From positions 386,957-450,956 of the forward strand of contig NMRA01000061.1 in assembly GCA_002633005.1 (NCBI GenBank): DNA of 64,000 bases, read 5' to 3'. The notes below the pieces were generated by a model. The model worked only from the letters and a program-made list of their open reading frames with translations. It had not been told where the DNA came from and ran no database searches. A program made the position numbers and the translations under genes. How positions within the stretch are numbered: the stretch's first letter is position 1; every line of letters begins with the position of its first letter. The stretch is from Phoronis australis (Eukaryota; Animalia; Phoronida). Shown here one piece after another: positions 12,715 through 24,761 of the stretch.

Positions 12715-13132
12715 TGCTGTGCGTGAACTTGGAATCCTGCTAAATCTCAAGATCGCCTATGCGTGAACTGGGAATTGAATATTCTTTAAGGCAAAAAGGT
12801 GAAATTTTTGTTCGGTGGAAAGAATTTTTGTAATTATTGGCCAAGCGATCAACCATTTTGTAGCTTGTGTCCCTAGTGAACCGGAGCGGAATATGTGAAT
12901 AGCTAAATCGACTATTGTTTGGTGAAATTGATCGTCCGTAGTTGAAAAGGTTGCTTAAAATTGACATTATTTTATTCAAATGTAATTTGATTTAGCGCAG
13001 TGCAAATTTTTATGAACATAAACGTGATTGAGCGAACTTCATTTGTCAAGTTGCCTCGCGTATTCCCAGTTCACGAAACATTCACTCCGCTTAATCTTGA
13101 GACTAAGCAGGATTCCAAATTCACGTACATCA
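12715..13132. mobile_element. MITE with TG...CA TIRs and 4-bp TSD TCTA
   Basis: TIRs tgctgtgcgtgaacttggaatcctgct and agcaggattccaaattcacgtacatca; tcta at 12711-12714 and 13133-13136. Excising it restores the tRNA 5' flank seen in unit 3. Confidence 0.85.
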
Positions 13133-16100
13133 TCTAAACGTTCCTACATGTACATAGTCATCCGTTCTTTCCTCCACCACACACTGATTCCCGCAAACAT
13201 TCGCTCCTGGCCTTATGTTGCTGCCAACACGCAAGTAAATACCGTTTTTCAGTGTGCTAAATGCGACATATACTTACCAGTGATGTACCGGCTCTAATGT
13301 ACATATGTATTTACCTAAACGAGTTATAAATAATTTGCCACTACAATAAAGCTGTGTTGCAATCCATCTTGAAAATTTGCCACTTTTGTATCACAACTTC
13401 CGCCTTCAAGCTTTACTCAGTCCTCTTTACAATTGGGATATTTTTGTGATTTTTAGTGGAATTGCGCGATACTTTTTTTGAAGTAATGGCACGTGTCAAG
13501 AGATTTATGTTGCATTGAGAAATTGTACGGCGAGCTGTAAATTTCCATTCTATCAGCCTGTTTCATCTGGGCCATGCCGAAAGGCTGGTCTCACGGTCAC
13601 CCGTGCTGCCAAATAATGTCCAGACAGGTGGAGTGTTTCCGCATGCAAAAGGGAGATACACTTGCCAGAATGCAGCCTATGATTTTCAAATACCTGCAAG
13701 GATCCCTACAGAAATCTGCGGAATTTGTTCAAAATGTTACATTCAAATTTCAGTGTTTTAAATCTCTTATGTAAGGGGGGGGGGGCGCATTTTCATGGTT
13801 TAGCGGGTTTTAAATGAATGCTTTGCCTCGCAGTAGACCGTTGCATAGGTATAGACATGAAAAACTGTAGGTCACGTTGTTCAGATAAACGGTATGTGAG
13901 CAAAATAGTTCTTGTACGTATGTCTTCATAATTCAATTAATGAGGGCGTTTCGGTGGGTTTACGGCAAAAAGTGTTCTGTACTGGTTTAGTGCCAGTGGG
14001 ACGAAGTTATTCCTGCTGTGAAAAACGGAACTTGTTTACTATTGCCTGATTGCATGAAACGGTCTCAAATATGGACTTATCTATGTTCCCTAAAACTACT
14101 GGGTATTTGCAGACTTGCGGAAACATGGATTGTCTTTTCTCATTTACGAGGCTGAAATTTCATTACTAAGACAATTGTTGGTCTTGATGCATATCCAATG
14201 TGAATTCTGCGTTGAGTTCTGAATATGTTTGAAAATAAGTAAGGGTCTTATCCTGCAACGCCCCTAATTTAGGGGCCAAGTCCCTAATTATTTTGATTTT
14301 CTAGGGCTTACGGTTATATTGTTTATTTGAAAATGTAATTAGTTAAAGAGGTGCTTATAATATAAATAAAATGACAGAAAATATCACGTCTGTGAGTGAA
14401 GAACAAAACAAATACGAAAAAAATTATGGAACTTAGTTGAGTCCCTATGTGGGACTGTTTCATGCAACCGTTCACAGGGCTCACACTTTGACGACTGATA
14501 TCACGGGCTAGAAGGTGTCCTAAACTATACATGAAAACTGAATGGAATCTTGCGTTTTGGCCTGAGTTTGCCCACGTCAGAGACAGTAGTTATAATTTGA
14601 AATTGTGCTTTTCTACGTTCTAAAATGAGATTGGTTTGCCCGATGTTGTTACGGTAATGTTTTGCCATAAAACGACATATTCTAGATTGAAAAATAACAT
14701 TTTAATCATTCTATAGTGGTCAGTAAGCCTCCATTTAATTTTGCAAGCTAAATTATTCAAACAGGAAATGTCTAGCGTAATGAGCCTAAGTTGCTAAATG
14801 AGACAAAGTGAGTAGATTTCTGGAAATAGGTAATGAGATTGCTTTACGATAAGTATGATTTTCCTTCTTGGAGTTTGTATATTGTCTTGTATAGGGTAGC
14901 AAGCTCAAGGAATAACTTCTATAACAGGAAAAGGTTGTTAGAACTAGAAATTATTGTAGATAGAATGCCTACACGTCTCTGAACCCTCGTTCACAAGGCA
15001 TCGAATAAGAATTGAAGATAAATATAAATGTACGAATGCTCTATTGTTTCCCATTTGTCAATTACTCCAGGTAAACCAAAGATTAATTGGACGATAACTG
15101 TACTTCATCACTTATTTAGTACACAACATGGCCGACCAAAGTGAAGTTCTATTTTTGTCAAATTCCTCCACAAAAGAAAACGTAAATAAAATTTAGTATG
15201 TTACTATCACGGTTTGTGGCGCGTGGATGTCACAAAAGAACGTGTTGTAAAGTCTCAATTATGTACAGCTTAATAATTAGCATACACGAACTAAAATTTT
15301 GGTACTTACCGTTGCGCGAAATAAGCGGAGAATTGCCGTGAACGGACAAGTTACGTCTTGGTATTAAGATGCTCATCATTCCGTGGTTTGTAGAAGCGGT
15401 GCTTGGATGTCAGCAAGAAGATTCACACAGATCATCTGTTCCTTAAAAGGCCATCTTCCCCTCAGTAGGATTATAGCTTGAACTGTGACATATTCTCTTT
15501 GGCGTAACATTCAAGGTGTTGGGCTCGCGTTCCTTGGGACCAGAAAAAGTATAAACTGCGGCAACAATGACAGAATAGGGAGGGGCATGGCCAGTTGTAA
15601 AATTAGCAAGCGATCAAAGCATGTGGCGCTGCGTGTGACTTGTGTGCCTGCAGCCGAATTGTCGCTTTCACGGATGATGTCCCTAATTGGTTATACAATT
15701 GGCGCTAAGTGGGTGTCTTGTGAGTCCAATCATTGTTAGTATCTCGTCTCAGAGAGGGTGCTGTCGCGTTCACGAGTTGGCCCCTCTGATTGGCCAAACG
15801 CTGGCCGTGTGGGTGGGGTCTTGTAGAGTGGCAATTTACCATTCGCTGAGCTTAGAGAGTCAACGTTGACTGAGTACGCCTCCTACGGTACTTGTACCAT
15901 GGCCTGTATAAAAATATAATCATTTCATTCTCTGTAATTATGGTGTAGCCTCAATCTTTCAAATAATTACCTCCAACAAAACAGTTCTGATAAAATTTGC
16001 ATTACGAATGAGAATTCTAATCCCGTTTACACGAATCGGAAGTTAGCGGCTACCGTCTATTCTAAACTCAGGTGACCTGAGAGACGAAACTGCACACCTT

Positions 16101-18039
16101 CATAACCCCGATTTCAATCTATAGCACATGTATCAATGTACAAGAATTTTTTAAAGCTGTTATAAATCCGCTTTCGGGCTTCGGTAGTACAAGATAACTT
16201 GATTTAGGACATCAGGTGTTATGAAAATTCTAGAATAAAATTATCTTTGTTCTAACTGGAATGCGTCTTTTGGATTTGGAAAACGCTCACACTTGTATCG
16301 TTAATGGCTCGGTGAAGCTCCTAATTTAAAAGCAAATTACTATGAGCCTTGTCTCAATCTAAATGTCAGAGATTCTCTAGGATAAATTTGGCATATTACT
16401 CCAAGGTTATTTCAAAAGCCCAGGAACCACAGGTGCTATGACACTAAGAAACAAGTCAACCACAGAACAGTTTTACAACACGAAGTCAAAAATAAATATT
16501 GTTGACTGAAGCCTGTTTATTGTACCTTCTCATGGACGGCCTTCTCTTTTATACGCCAAATGTACATGTAGTCCCGGGTCGAGTTCAGCAACGCTGGTAT
16601 GCCTCGCTAGAAAAGTGAGATTTCGTGAGATATCGCCGAGTGTATTCGACGAGAGTACGTAATTTTGGCTATACTTTCTCTCCGCGAGACATGTACAGCT
16701 ATTGAACTCTATACTGGTGTGGGCTTCGTAGACGGGATAACCGTAAAGCCTAACTTTAACGGAATTTTGTTATTTTTAGATGTATGGGCTAACCAGTCAC
16801 TCCTAGCAAAGCCTTTCAAAGTAAGAAAACGCGAGTTTAATCACGCAAAAAAGTGCAGACCCGTCAAATGATAGGTGTAGTTGCTTTTTCGCGCCATAAT
16901 GCGTCACGCGAGATCCCAGCACAAACAAGAAAAGGTCGATTACAGTAGCATTGAAAAGACATGAGGTCTGAATAGAACACCATTGCGTGCAGCTGTTTGA
17001 ATGAAAAGGTGATTCTCGCGGTGACGTAGACAAAAGCAAATCAATACGCCTAACAGTTCGTTACATCATAGATTACATTTGACAATTTATGGAATTAGTT
17101 GACTCAGAGCGATGCTCTTAATATACTGTATTATCCAAATTTAGAAGTGTTAATGTTCGAGATAGGCTTTAATAGGGGATTTGGAAGATGTTGCGTTTAC
17201 GGAACTCAGTTCTGGGTGGAGTTCTGGCGTAGAACTGTAGACCTGGAATGACGTCAGTTTTGCACAGCGCGCTGAGGTTGCCGCGGCCGTGCATGTGTGG
17301 GATTTGTTTGCATTCGATTGTTCCGGTGTTGCAGGATCTTTCCATTGAATTAAGGGTTAAGGATAGAATTTTAGTAAAAACGAAGAACCGAAGTGATCTA
17401 GAAACTGTTCTCACAGAAAAATACTTCCGAACACTAAATATTTTTATTTTTGGATTTTTGCGGTCTTATGGCCCCGACTCATGTCAAACGGAAGATCACC
17501 CGTTTGCGCATTAGGCAAATCTTACGCTAACAGGATTTGCATACAAGTGGACGAGAAAGCGTACACCAGAGTAGCCAGCGAATTCCTCGTCACATCAAAG
17601 GCCTGATGGCGCTGTCACGCACGGAAGTGAGCTAGTCACTATTTTAGGGGCGTGTTGGATCAGTGAGATAATTACGGTCGCAAACCAATACGCATGTTAA
17701 GCGTGTGAGTTTCAAAGTCAATGAAACAAAGTACCTACACGACTGTTTTTAAAATTGAAAAATAAATAGTAGTAGTTTTCTTTTCAGTCGAACAGGAAAA
17801 TATGACTGTCACTAGGGAAATACAAACGGTACATGATAAAACGTCAATTTCGCAACGCAGGATGTTTTGATGGAGCAAAAATCAGCCAAGAGAGGAATTA
17901 TAGTTGGCATTTACAATGTACGATGACACGCATACAATACAGCAAGTTTGAAATAGAAATCTACCGTGGAGTACAGATTTCATAAGAGGTTGAAATTTCA
18001 ATGTGCACCCTTCGAATGTGTATAAAAATCAAAAATGCA

Positions 18040-18112
18040 CGCCCGAACAGGGACTCGAACCCTGGACCCTCAGATTAAAAGTCTGATGCTCTACCAGCTG
18101 AGCTATCCGGGC
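18040..18112 (-). tRNA. tRNA-Lys(UUU), intact copy 3
   Basis: Identical 73-nt sequence to 1315-1387, with the same TGCA-TTTTT trailer, although the flanks have diverged. Confidence 0.97.
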
Positions 18113-21100
18113 GCTCTGAACTTTCCCCACATAGCCATTCAGGTTCTGTTTCATCCACCACTGAATGATTCTCGCGAACATTCACACCTGCCCGTATGTT
18201 GCTGATAACACACAAGTCATGACCTTGTGCTAAAATAGACATATTAATCTACCGATGGGAATTGATTCGTGCCTCTGTCAGAGAGACGTAGGTTTAAAGT
18301 ATTTACTTACATTTTTAAAAAATAATTTGCCGCTGTGTAGAACAACCTGCTAACACAGTAAGCAAATCTACGAAAAATTGTCACTTTTGCATCACAACCC
18401 CGCGGCCCCGCCTTCACGTTTTTCTCGGCACTGTTTACAATTGGTCAATTGAATTTTTAGCGGAATCATAAGGTTGGACGTTCAATTGAAGCAGTTGCGC
18501 GTATAAAGAGACTTGTGTTGTTTGAGAAACTGTACAAGTTTGTTGAAAACAATGCTATAAATTTCCATTCTATGTCAGTCTGTTTCCCCTGAGCAAGTTA
18601 CGGTTATGTCCAGACATGTGAAGTATTGCCACACTTTGAAAAACGGAGCTGTAGTATGCAGTCTTAATTTTCATGTACTCGCAAATATCATAATTTTAAA
18701 AATCCCGGCTACAGGAATCATTTGCGGAACTTGTTCAAATTTTACATTCAAATTTCAGCATGTTTCATTGAAACCTGTCTTTTATGGGTAATGAGGGGAA
18801 GAAAAATAATGTTAACTCATTGTATAACGGGTTTGAAATTAATGCTATGTCTGGTACAGTAGACCACTGCGAATGTGAATCAGAAGGGTTATATATAAAG
18901 ACGAAATACTTTGAGATCTGACGATGTCCAGATAAACGTTGTATATGTGTAAAATAATTTTTGTTGGTCGTATGCTTTCATAAGTAAATGGAGTTGAGGT
19001 GACCGAAACATGTTCTGCACTGAGACAAAGTTATTCAGAATGTGAAATACGGAACTTGGTTACCAGGGCTCAGAACCTGTCGTCAAGTCGTGGGCTAGAG
19101 CGTCTATAGAGGAGTTACTAAAACAATAAATTCTAGATTTGAAAATAACCCTTTTAAATACTCTGTATTGGTCAATAAGGCTCCATTTACGGTAGTTCTT
19201 CACTAATTTAGCACACAGCGTGTCCAACCAAAGTCAAATTCTTCCACAAAAGAAAATATTAATGACATTCAGTGTATTACGAGCATGGTTTGCAGCGTGT
19301 AGATGTCACAAGACAACTGGTTAAAAAGTTTCAATTATTCACAGCAAAGTAATCTGCATGTTAAAATACACAAATGGCAATTTTGGCGATTGTTGTTTTT
19401 GTTCAAAAGAAGCGGAGAATTGCGGTAAACGAACTAGGTACACCTTAATTGACCAATCATTCCGTGGTTTGTAAAGGACTTAATTCCAGCAAGCGGGTTC
19501 AAGCAGGGAACGCGATCATTACCAGATTAAGGTCATCTTCCCCTCAGTAGTATTACCGCTTGAACTGTGATATATTCTCTTTGATGTAACGTTCACGCTA
19601 TTGGGCTGGCACTGCTTGGGACCAGAGAGCAACTTGAACAGCGGCAATAATAAAAGAACAGGATTAAGTCCCTGACTGATTAATATAAATATATGTGGTC
19701 GGTGTCTAGTCAATGTCAGAGTCTCGTCTCAGGTCGTGTGCTGTCATGTTAGCGAGCCAGCATCTCTTATTGGTCAAACGCTAGAGAGGGGCGGGCGCAC
19801 GTACATCACAACTTACTATTCAGCTCAGAGTGTCATAACTACCACTCTCGTACTTGTCCAGACTGGCTAGTCATTCGTATTATAATTTTGCCTCATGGTA
19901 CATTAAATATTGTCCTGGGGAAACATGCACAAACAATTATTTGTTTTATAGAAACGAGTTATTAGAATTAAAATTTCTTGTAATTGAATAGAATGCCCAG
20001 CGTATATATATATATATGACTGCCATAATCAAATTGGTGTTAAATATTTTCCTCATTCATGTATTCCTCACCATTACATAAGGCAAAGGAATTTATTATG
20101 GATTTATTCAATGCTGAATTAAAAACATTTTTGAAAATTCCAATTGGTGGTTTTGATTTTTGCACATTGTGTATGAGCGTGATAACTTCTAAAAACATTC
20201 AGTTGCTTTGGCGAATGTTGTCTTCACTGCACCGTTACCTGCTGTCATGTTTATTGTACGTTTTTTGGTTTATGATAAAAGAATTTTCTAATATTTATTG
20301 GCTTGTTGTTAATTAGTACTTAATACTCTGTTCATGATTTGTAAATTCTTGACTATGTCTTTTTATTTATTCGCAACATTCACTTTCTTAGTCATTTACA
20401 TTTATTTCTGACTAATTAGCGAACTCTAATTATAAAGTCCGCTCAACAGTCTCTTAAGACAATTGTGTAACTGGACATTGTTTTGAATATTATCTGAAAT
20501 AATACGTAATACTACCACTAGTAAAATATCCTAATCTTAGATATATGATGTCGAAACTTCCATACTCTATACATTGCTGGAGTGAAGCAGTGAGAGGTCA
20601 AATAGGAAACTTGTTAAACCCGTGTCGAGTTGCACTAGTTTAATGCCCGTGAACGGTCATTTAAAATAACAACTAGTGCAAGTTACTAGCTGCATCTGGG
20701 GAAGCTAGTGCTAGTTTCATTGCCGATCTGGACACAGCTATTGAGTGTTGATCACGAGTTTCGTTTTTCAACGAGTTGCGTTTTTATGGGGCTACGGTGA
20801 TTTCTGAGTTCTTTCCTGCAGGGTAGGCTAAAAACCTGAATCTTATTCTACATTAATTTAACTGGCGGATGTTTCACAGATGCACTATTTCAGTTGCTAG
20901 ATTCTAACAATAAACTTGGCCAGCTTGAAAGTCCTACTACACTGTTTAGTTCGTATTATTCGCAAGCTTCACATTGGAGTTTTAGTATTATTGGTTATTG
21001 TACCTGAACTACTACCCAGAGAACGCAGTTCAAAATGGTTCCAGGTTCTTGACCTAGTTTTCATTCGGCAACCAACTACTTCACTTTCCGTCGGCGCGAA

Positions 21101-23799
21101 AGCTTATTTTTGAAGATTGGGGACTGGATGGGCAAGGGAAATAATGAGTCACGATCAACGAATATCGTCGCATGTGTTTCTACAATACCAGTATGTTGTC
21201 AGTCTTCTGAATCCATTATGTATTTATTTCAGACATTGGTTTTGGCGTTAAGCTAGCTCGTTACCCCGAAAGAATAGTTAATGTATAAAATTTAAGGACA
21301 TTGACAGTATGTTCCTCTAAACTTGTCAATCACTCTTCAAAAACAAAAGCCATTTATGGCATAAACAAGGCTGCTATTGCATTGGGGATTTTATGTATGT
21401 GACCAAAATCATTTGGAAGCGACGTCAGTGTGCCGTTCTGTTTTCGGGGCTTACGCTGACATTTTCCTTCTAAAATTGTGGTTGCCCTCCACTCTTACGA
21501 CTTCCCAGACCCGTCAATGGGTAGCATTTCGCTAATGACACAATGGCAATTTTGTACTTATCGTCCTCTGTTTAGTTCCAAACACAAATATTTATTCGCA
21601 ATCAGTCCGTCTGTTTACTTCAAAACTACCTTCACGAATCGACTAGAGGTAGCTTTGTTTAGTGCATATTTGTTTATAATGGTTTTGCAAATTCGGGCAT
21701 TGTCGCTTGATATCACTTTCTCTTTAACAAAACCTGGGCCTAACCAAGCCAATAATCGCCATAACAATGCCGTACAATGAAGGCCCGGACAGTGTATTAG
21801 GCGAGTCTAATGCCAGTCCGTCTAATACCCTCTCACGCTGACCTATTGTTAACTTGGTCTGAGAACGTTAGACAATGTTTACCTCGTGCTTTACCCATCG
21901 GACATCGTGGAAGGTGTTCACCTAAGAACCGGGCTCCCGTTCAGTAACGCTAGGTCCTTGCTAAAAAGTAAGAGTTTGCGAGATTACATGAGATATCGCC
22001 GTGTATTTTAAATCAGAACACGTGCCTTTGGCTAGATTTTAGCTAGGTCCTCACGTAGGTCCTACCGTTACTGAACGAGAGGCAGTACTTATTAGTTCCT
22101 AGTGTTGACGGAAGTGGTAACAAACGACCGGTTTGGCTGGTATTTGGGACAAAAATAGCGATATTCTGATTTGAAGTATATGAATCTTTTATCTTTTACA
22201 ACAACTAACAAATGAAATTGTTACCGTTCTATTGGCAGGGTTATGTAGTGTAAGAAACTTTCGACTTCATAACTTCGGCTTCATAGTTACACGAGCTCTA
22301 TATCATGTTTTTTACGCAGGGTCGCTAGTATTTTTCCGTTGAATCTGTTTATGGAACAAGTTCGCAAAACGATTTTTTAATCGTTTCCTTTCGCTCAAGT
22401 TACAGAAACAACAACAAAACAGTGTACGTGTTTTTACAAGTAATCAAAAAGTACCACATTTTCTTCATGAACATTTGAAAATGTAGATTTTTTAGCAAAC
22501 TTTTGTGTAAATAGATATTTTTTTACTAACGTGATCCTCAGTTTTATGTTAGTTCTCCGAAAGAGTGTTACCAAAACACTAAAGAGTGTTTTGTTCACGT
22601 GAAAATTTACAAAATTGATATGTTCGATTTAGCTGTTCAGCAAACAGGAACCGCAAACTGGAAACAAGGCAACGTTCCCATAATAAACGAAAAAAGGTTT
22701 CTCAGTGTTCTTCACAAAAATAACCCAAATCATTTGTTTTTATTTTCAGTTTTATGAAATAATTTTTGCGGGTTAGCAATATTCTGTGATAGGTGGTATG
22801 GAAACCAACGTAAGTTGGTGTCTTTTGTACAATTGAAAGGGACTTTATTAAATGTTCCACATATCAGGGTCACTAAAATTAATGATTACATAATTTATGT
22901 GAATCTCAAATGACCACTTATGTTTATATTTACTTATTGTATGAAGTGACTATCACATGCGATTTTTATGCTAATTTTTTTTAAATCCAACTTGAAAATT
23001 TAGGTATACTGTTTTGTCTGTTCTAAGAACCCACTTTGCTACACCAAGGTTGCACTTCCTAATCCATGAAATTCTAATAAATTATGAAGTTTCAAAATTA
23101 TGACGGCTACAGAATTCTTCGCATGAAAAACTTTCAGCTTTAAATAAACCACATACAAGATAGACATCCATTTCATATCAGATCATGTAAAAAATAAAAG
23201 CAATTTGAGCGCAAATTAGTTCAGTCAAAGACTTAGACTTCTATAAAACACTATAGAAGACCAAGTCTAAATTTATTCTTAAATAACTGTACATTCCCTC
23301 AACCTAGCAATATTTGCTCTTGTTAGTCAAGAAATTTGAAGTTTACTTTTTATTTTTTTGTGATGTGCCACAAAATGACTGACAAACTGAATAGCACCGA
23401 ATTTCACTTTTTATTATGTTACAAAAAATTGATAGCAAAATACAGATTGCACTAGCGAAATGATTAAATTTTGATGATTGATTTAATCAAATAATATATT
23501 TCAAATTGTAACCGATAGTCGTATATTAATTTGATTTAAAAGATTAATTATACGCGTAAATATAATTGGATCGAGTTAATGGATAAAATATTAGCAATGA
23601 AATCAATACGAATAGTGATATTTGAGCTGATAATACTAATACTAATATTTGTGGACCTGTTAATTGTGAATTTTTAATAATGGCAAACATTGAATATGCC
23701 GGAATATTTACAAGTTTGAGTTAAATTTTATTCTCGAATAACTCAGAAAAGGTCCCATCCCACGGCTGAGGTGGAAGTACACGCCAACAACGGTACCCC

Positions 23800-24249
23800 T
23801 ACGGGAACCAAAACCCCGCCCCAACCAATTTGAATTCGTAATCGGCGTAATTGGTTCGGTCACAGGAGGTAAATTCCCTGCGGCGAGCCAACACGTCCGT
23901 AGTCAGTCATAATCCTCGATCCGTGAAATCGGACAATGGTTAAAGGGGGTAACTCGTAGGCTGATAAGCTACCCCGTCTCTCAGATTTGCTACGGACAAC
24001 AACCCCGACCACAATCCCGCAAGCAACGACATTCAACTGAATGACTTAATATTCAACTACTGCTGAGAAGTGTTAGACGCAGATGATTCTCCGGCAGTCA
24101 GTCACTAGCGACGAAGGGGTAAAGGCGCATCAAAGAAACCTCGTTTGTTTGTGGCTTTAATCGTTGTTCTGTGAATTGGACATTTCTGACAAACACCGCC
24201 GATAAAGTTTCACACATTTTCCAAGCTGAGAAGACAAGGCAGAGTAAAG
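23800..24249 (+). promoter_or_regulatory. Putative promoter and non-coding first exon of the homeobox gene
   Basis: GC box ccccgcccc and CCAAT near 23815-23830, Inr-like tcagt near 24098, and splice donor AAG|gtaagc at 24249/24250 upstream of the acceptor at 24750. No in-frame ATG in this exon. Confidence 0.4.
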
Positions 24250-24761
24250 GTAAGCAAGATTATTAAGCGAGTCTATTTAGTTAAAGTAAGCCTACAGTTT
24301 CCAAACAACCCAGGAGATTGCAAGTAAAAGACTCAAAAATGACGGTCGTAAGTTATCGAAATTTTACCAACTGAACTGAATTTGTCGTTTTGTGTTTCTT
24401 AGGAAGGCATTCAAATGATTTTGTTCCTGGTCGCTACAATGCAAAGTATTATGTTATTACTCCTTGCAGCACAGAGATTTTTTTCGGAAAGGGCTTGTGT
24501 ATTTTTATTTTTCAAATGACGGTGAATTATTGCGTTCAATATGACACGAAAAATGAATCACTTTACGACTTTCGTTTCTTTTTGTGAACTTGTTGCAAGG
24601 TCTGATTTAATCGTCCATAATGGAACTGTCTGCAAAGTGTCGAGCAATGGCACCAAGTCCACGCTTTTGTGTTGTTTTTTCTTCTTTGGTTGTTTGAAAA
24701 TTGTGTCGGCGATTGCTTCGCTTTCACCAAATGCAATGACGTGCTTTCAGATACCATCAAG

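Larger units (their letters stand above)
575..19870. repeat. Three diverged tRNA-Lys-bearing segmental repeat units (unit 1 ~575-4230; unit 2 ~4230-5121 plus ~12698-16760; unit 3 ~17780-19870)
   Basis: Collinear similarity between units: ataaacctaa..aaagatttaca at 579 and 4232; cttcccctcag..cttgaactgtga at ~2787, ~15455 and ~19537; attggtcaaacgc/attggccaaacgc at ~3124, ~15789 and ~19769. Confidence 0.85.

Noticed and set aside
11994-12726. 222-aa and 133-aa ORFs with 11-aa repeats (TRNWPMRNNKQ / LIGQFLVCLLF)
   Set aside because: These are by-products of the stop-free 33-bp tandem repeat and run into a MITE; there is no evidence of coding.
13268-13282. atacttaccag, resembling the U1 snRNA 5' end
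   Set aside because: The similarity ends after 9 nt and no U1 stem-loops or Sm site follow.
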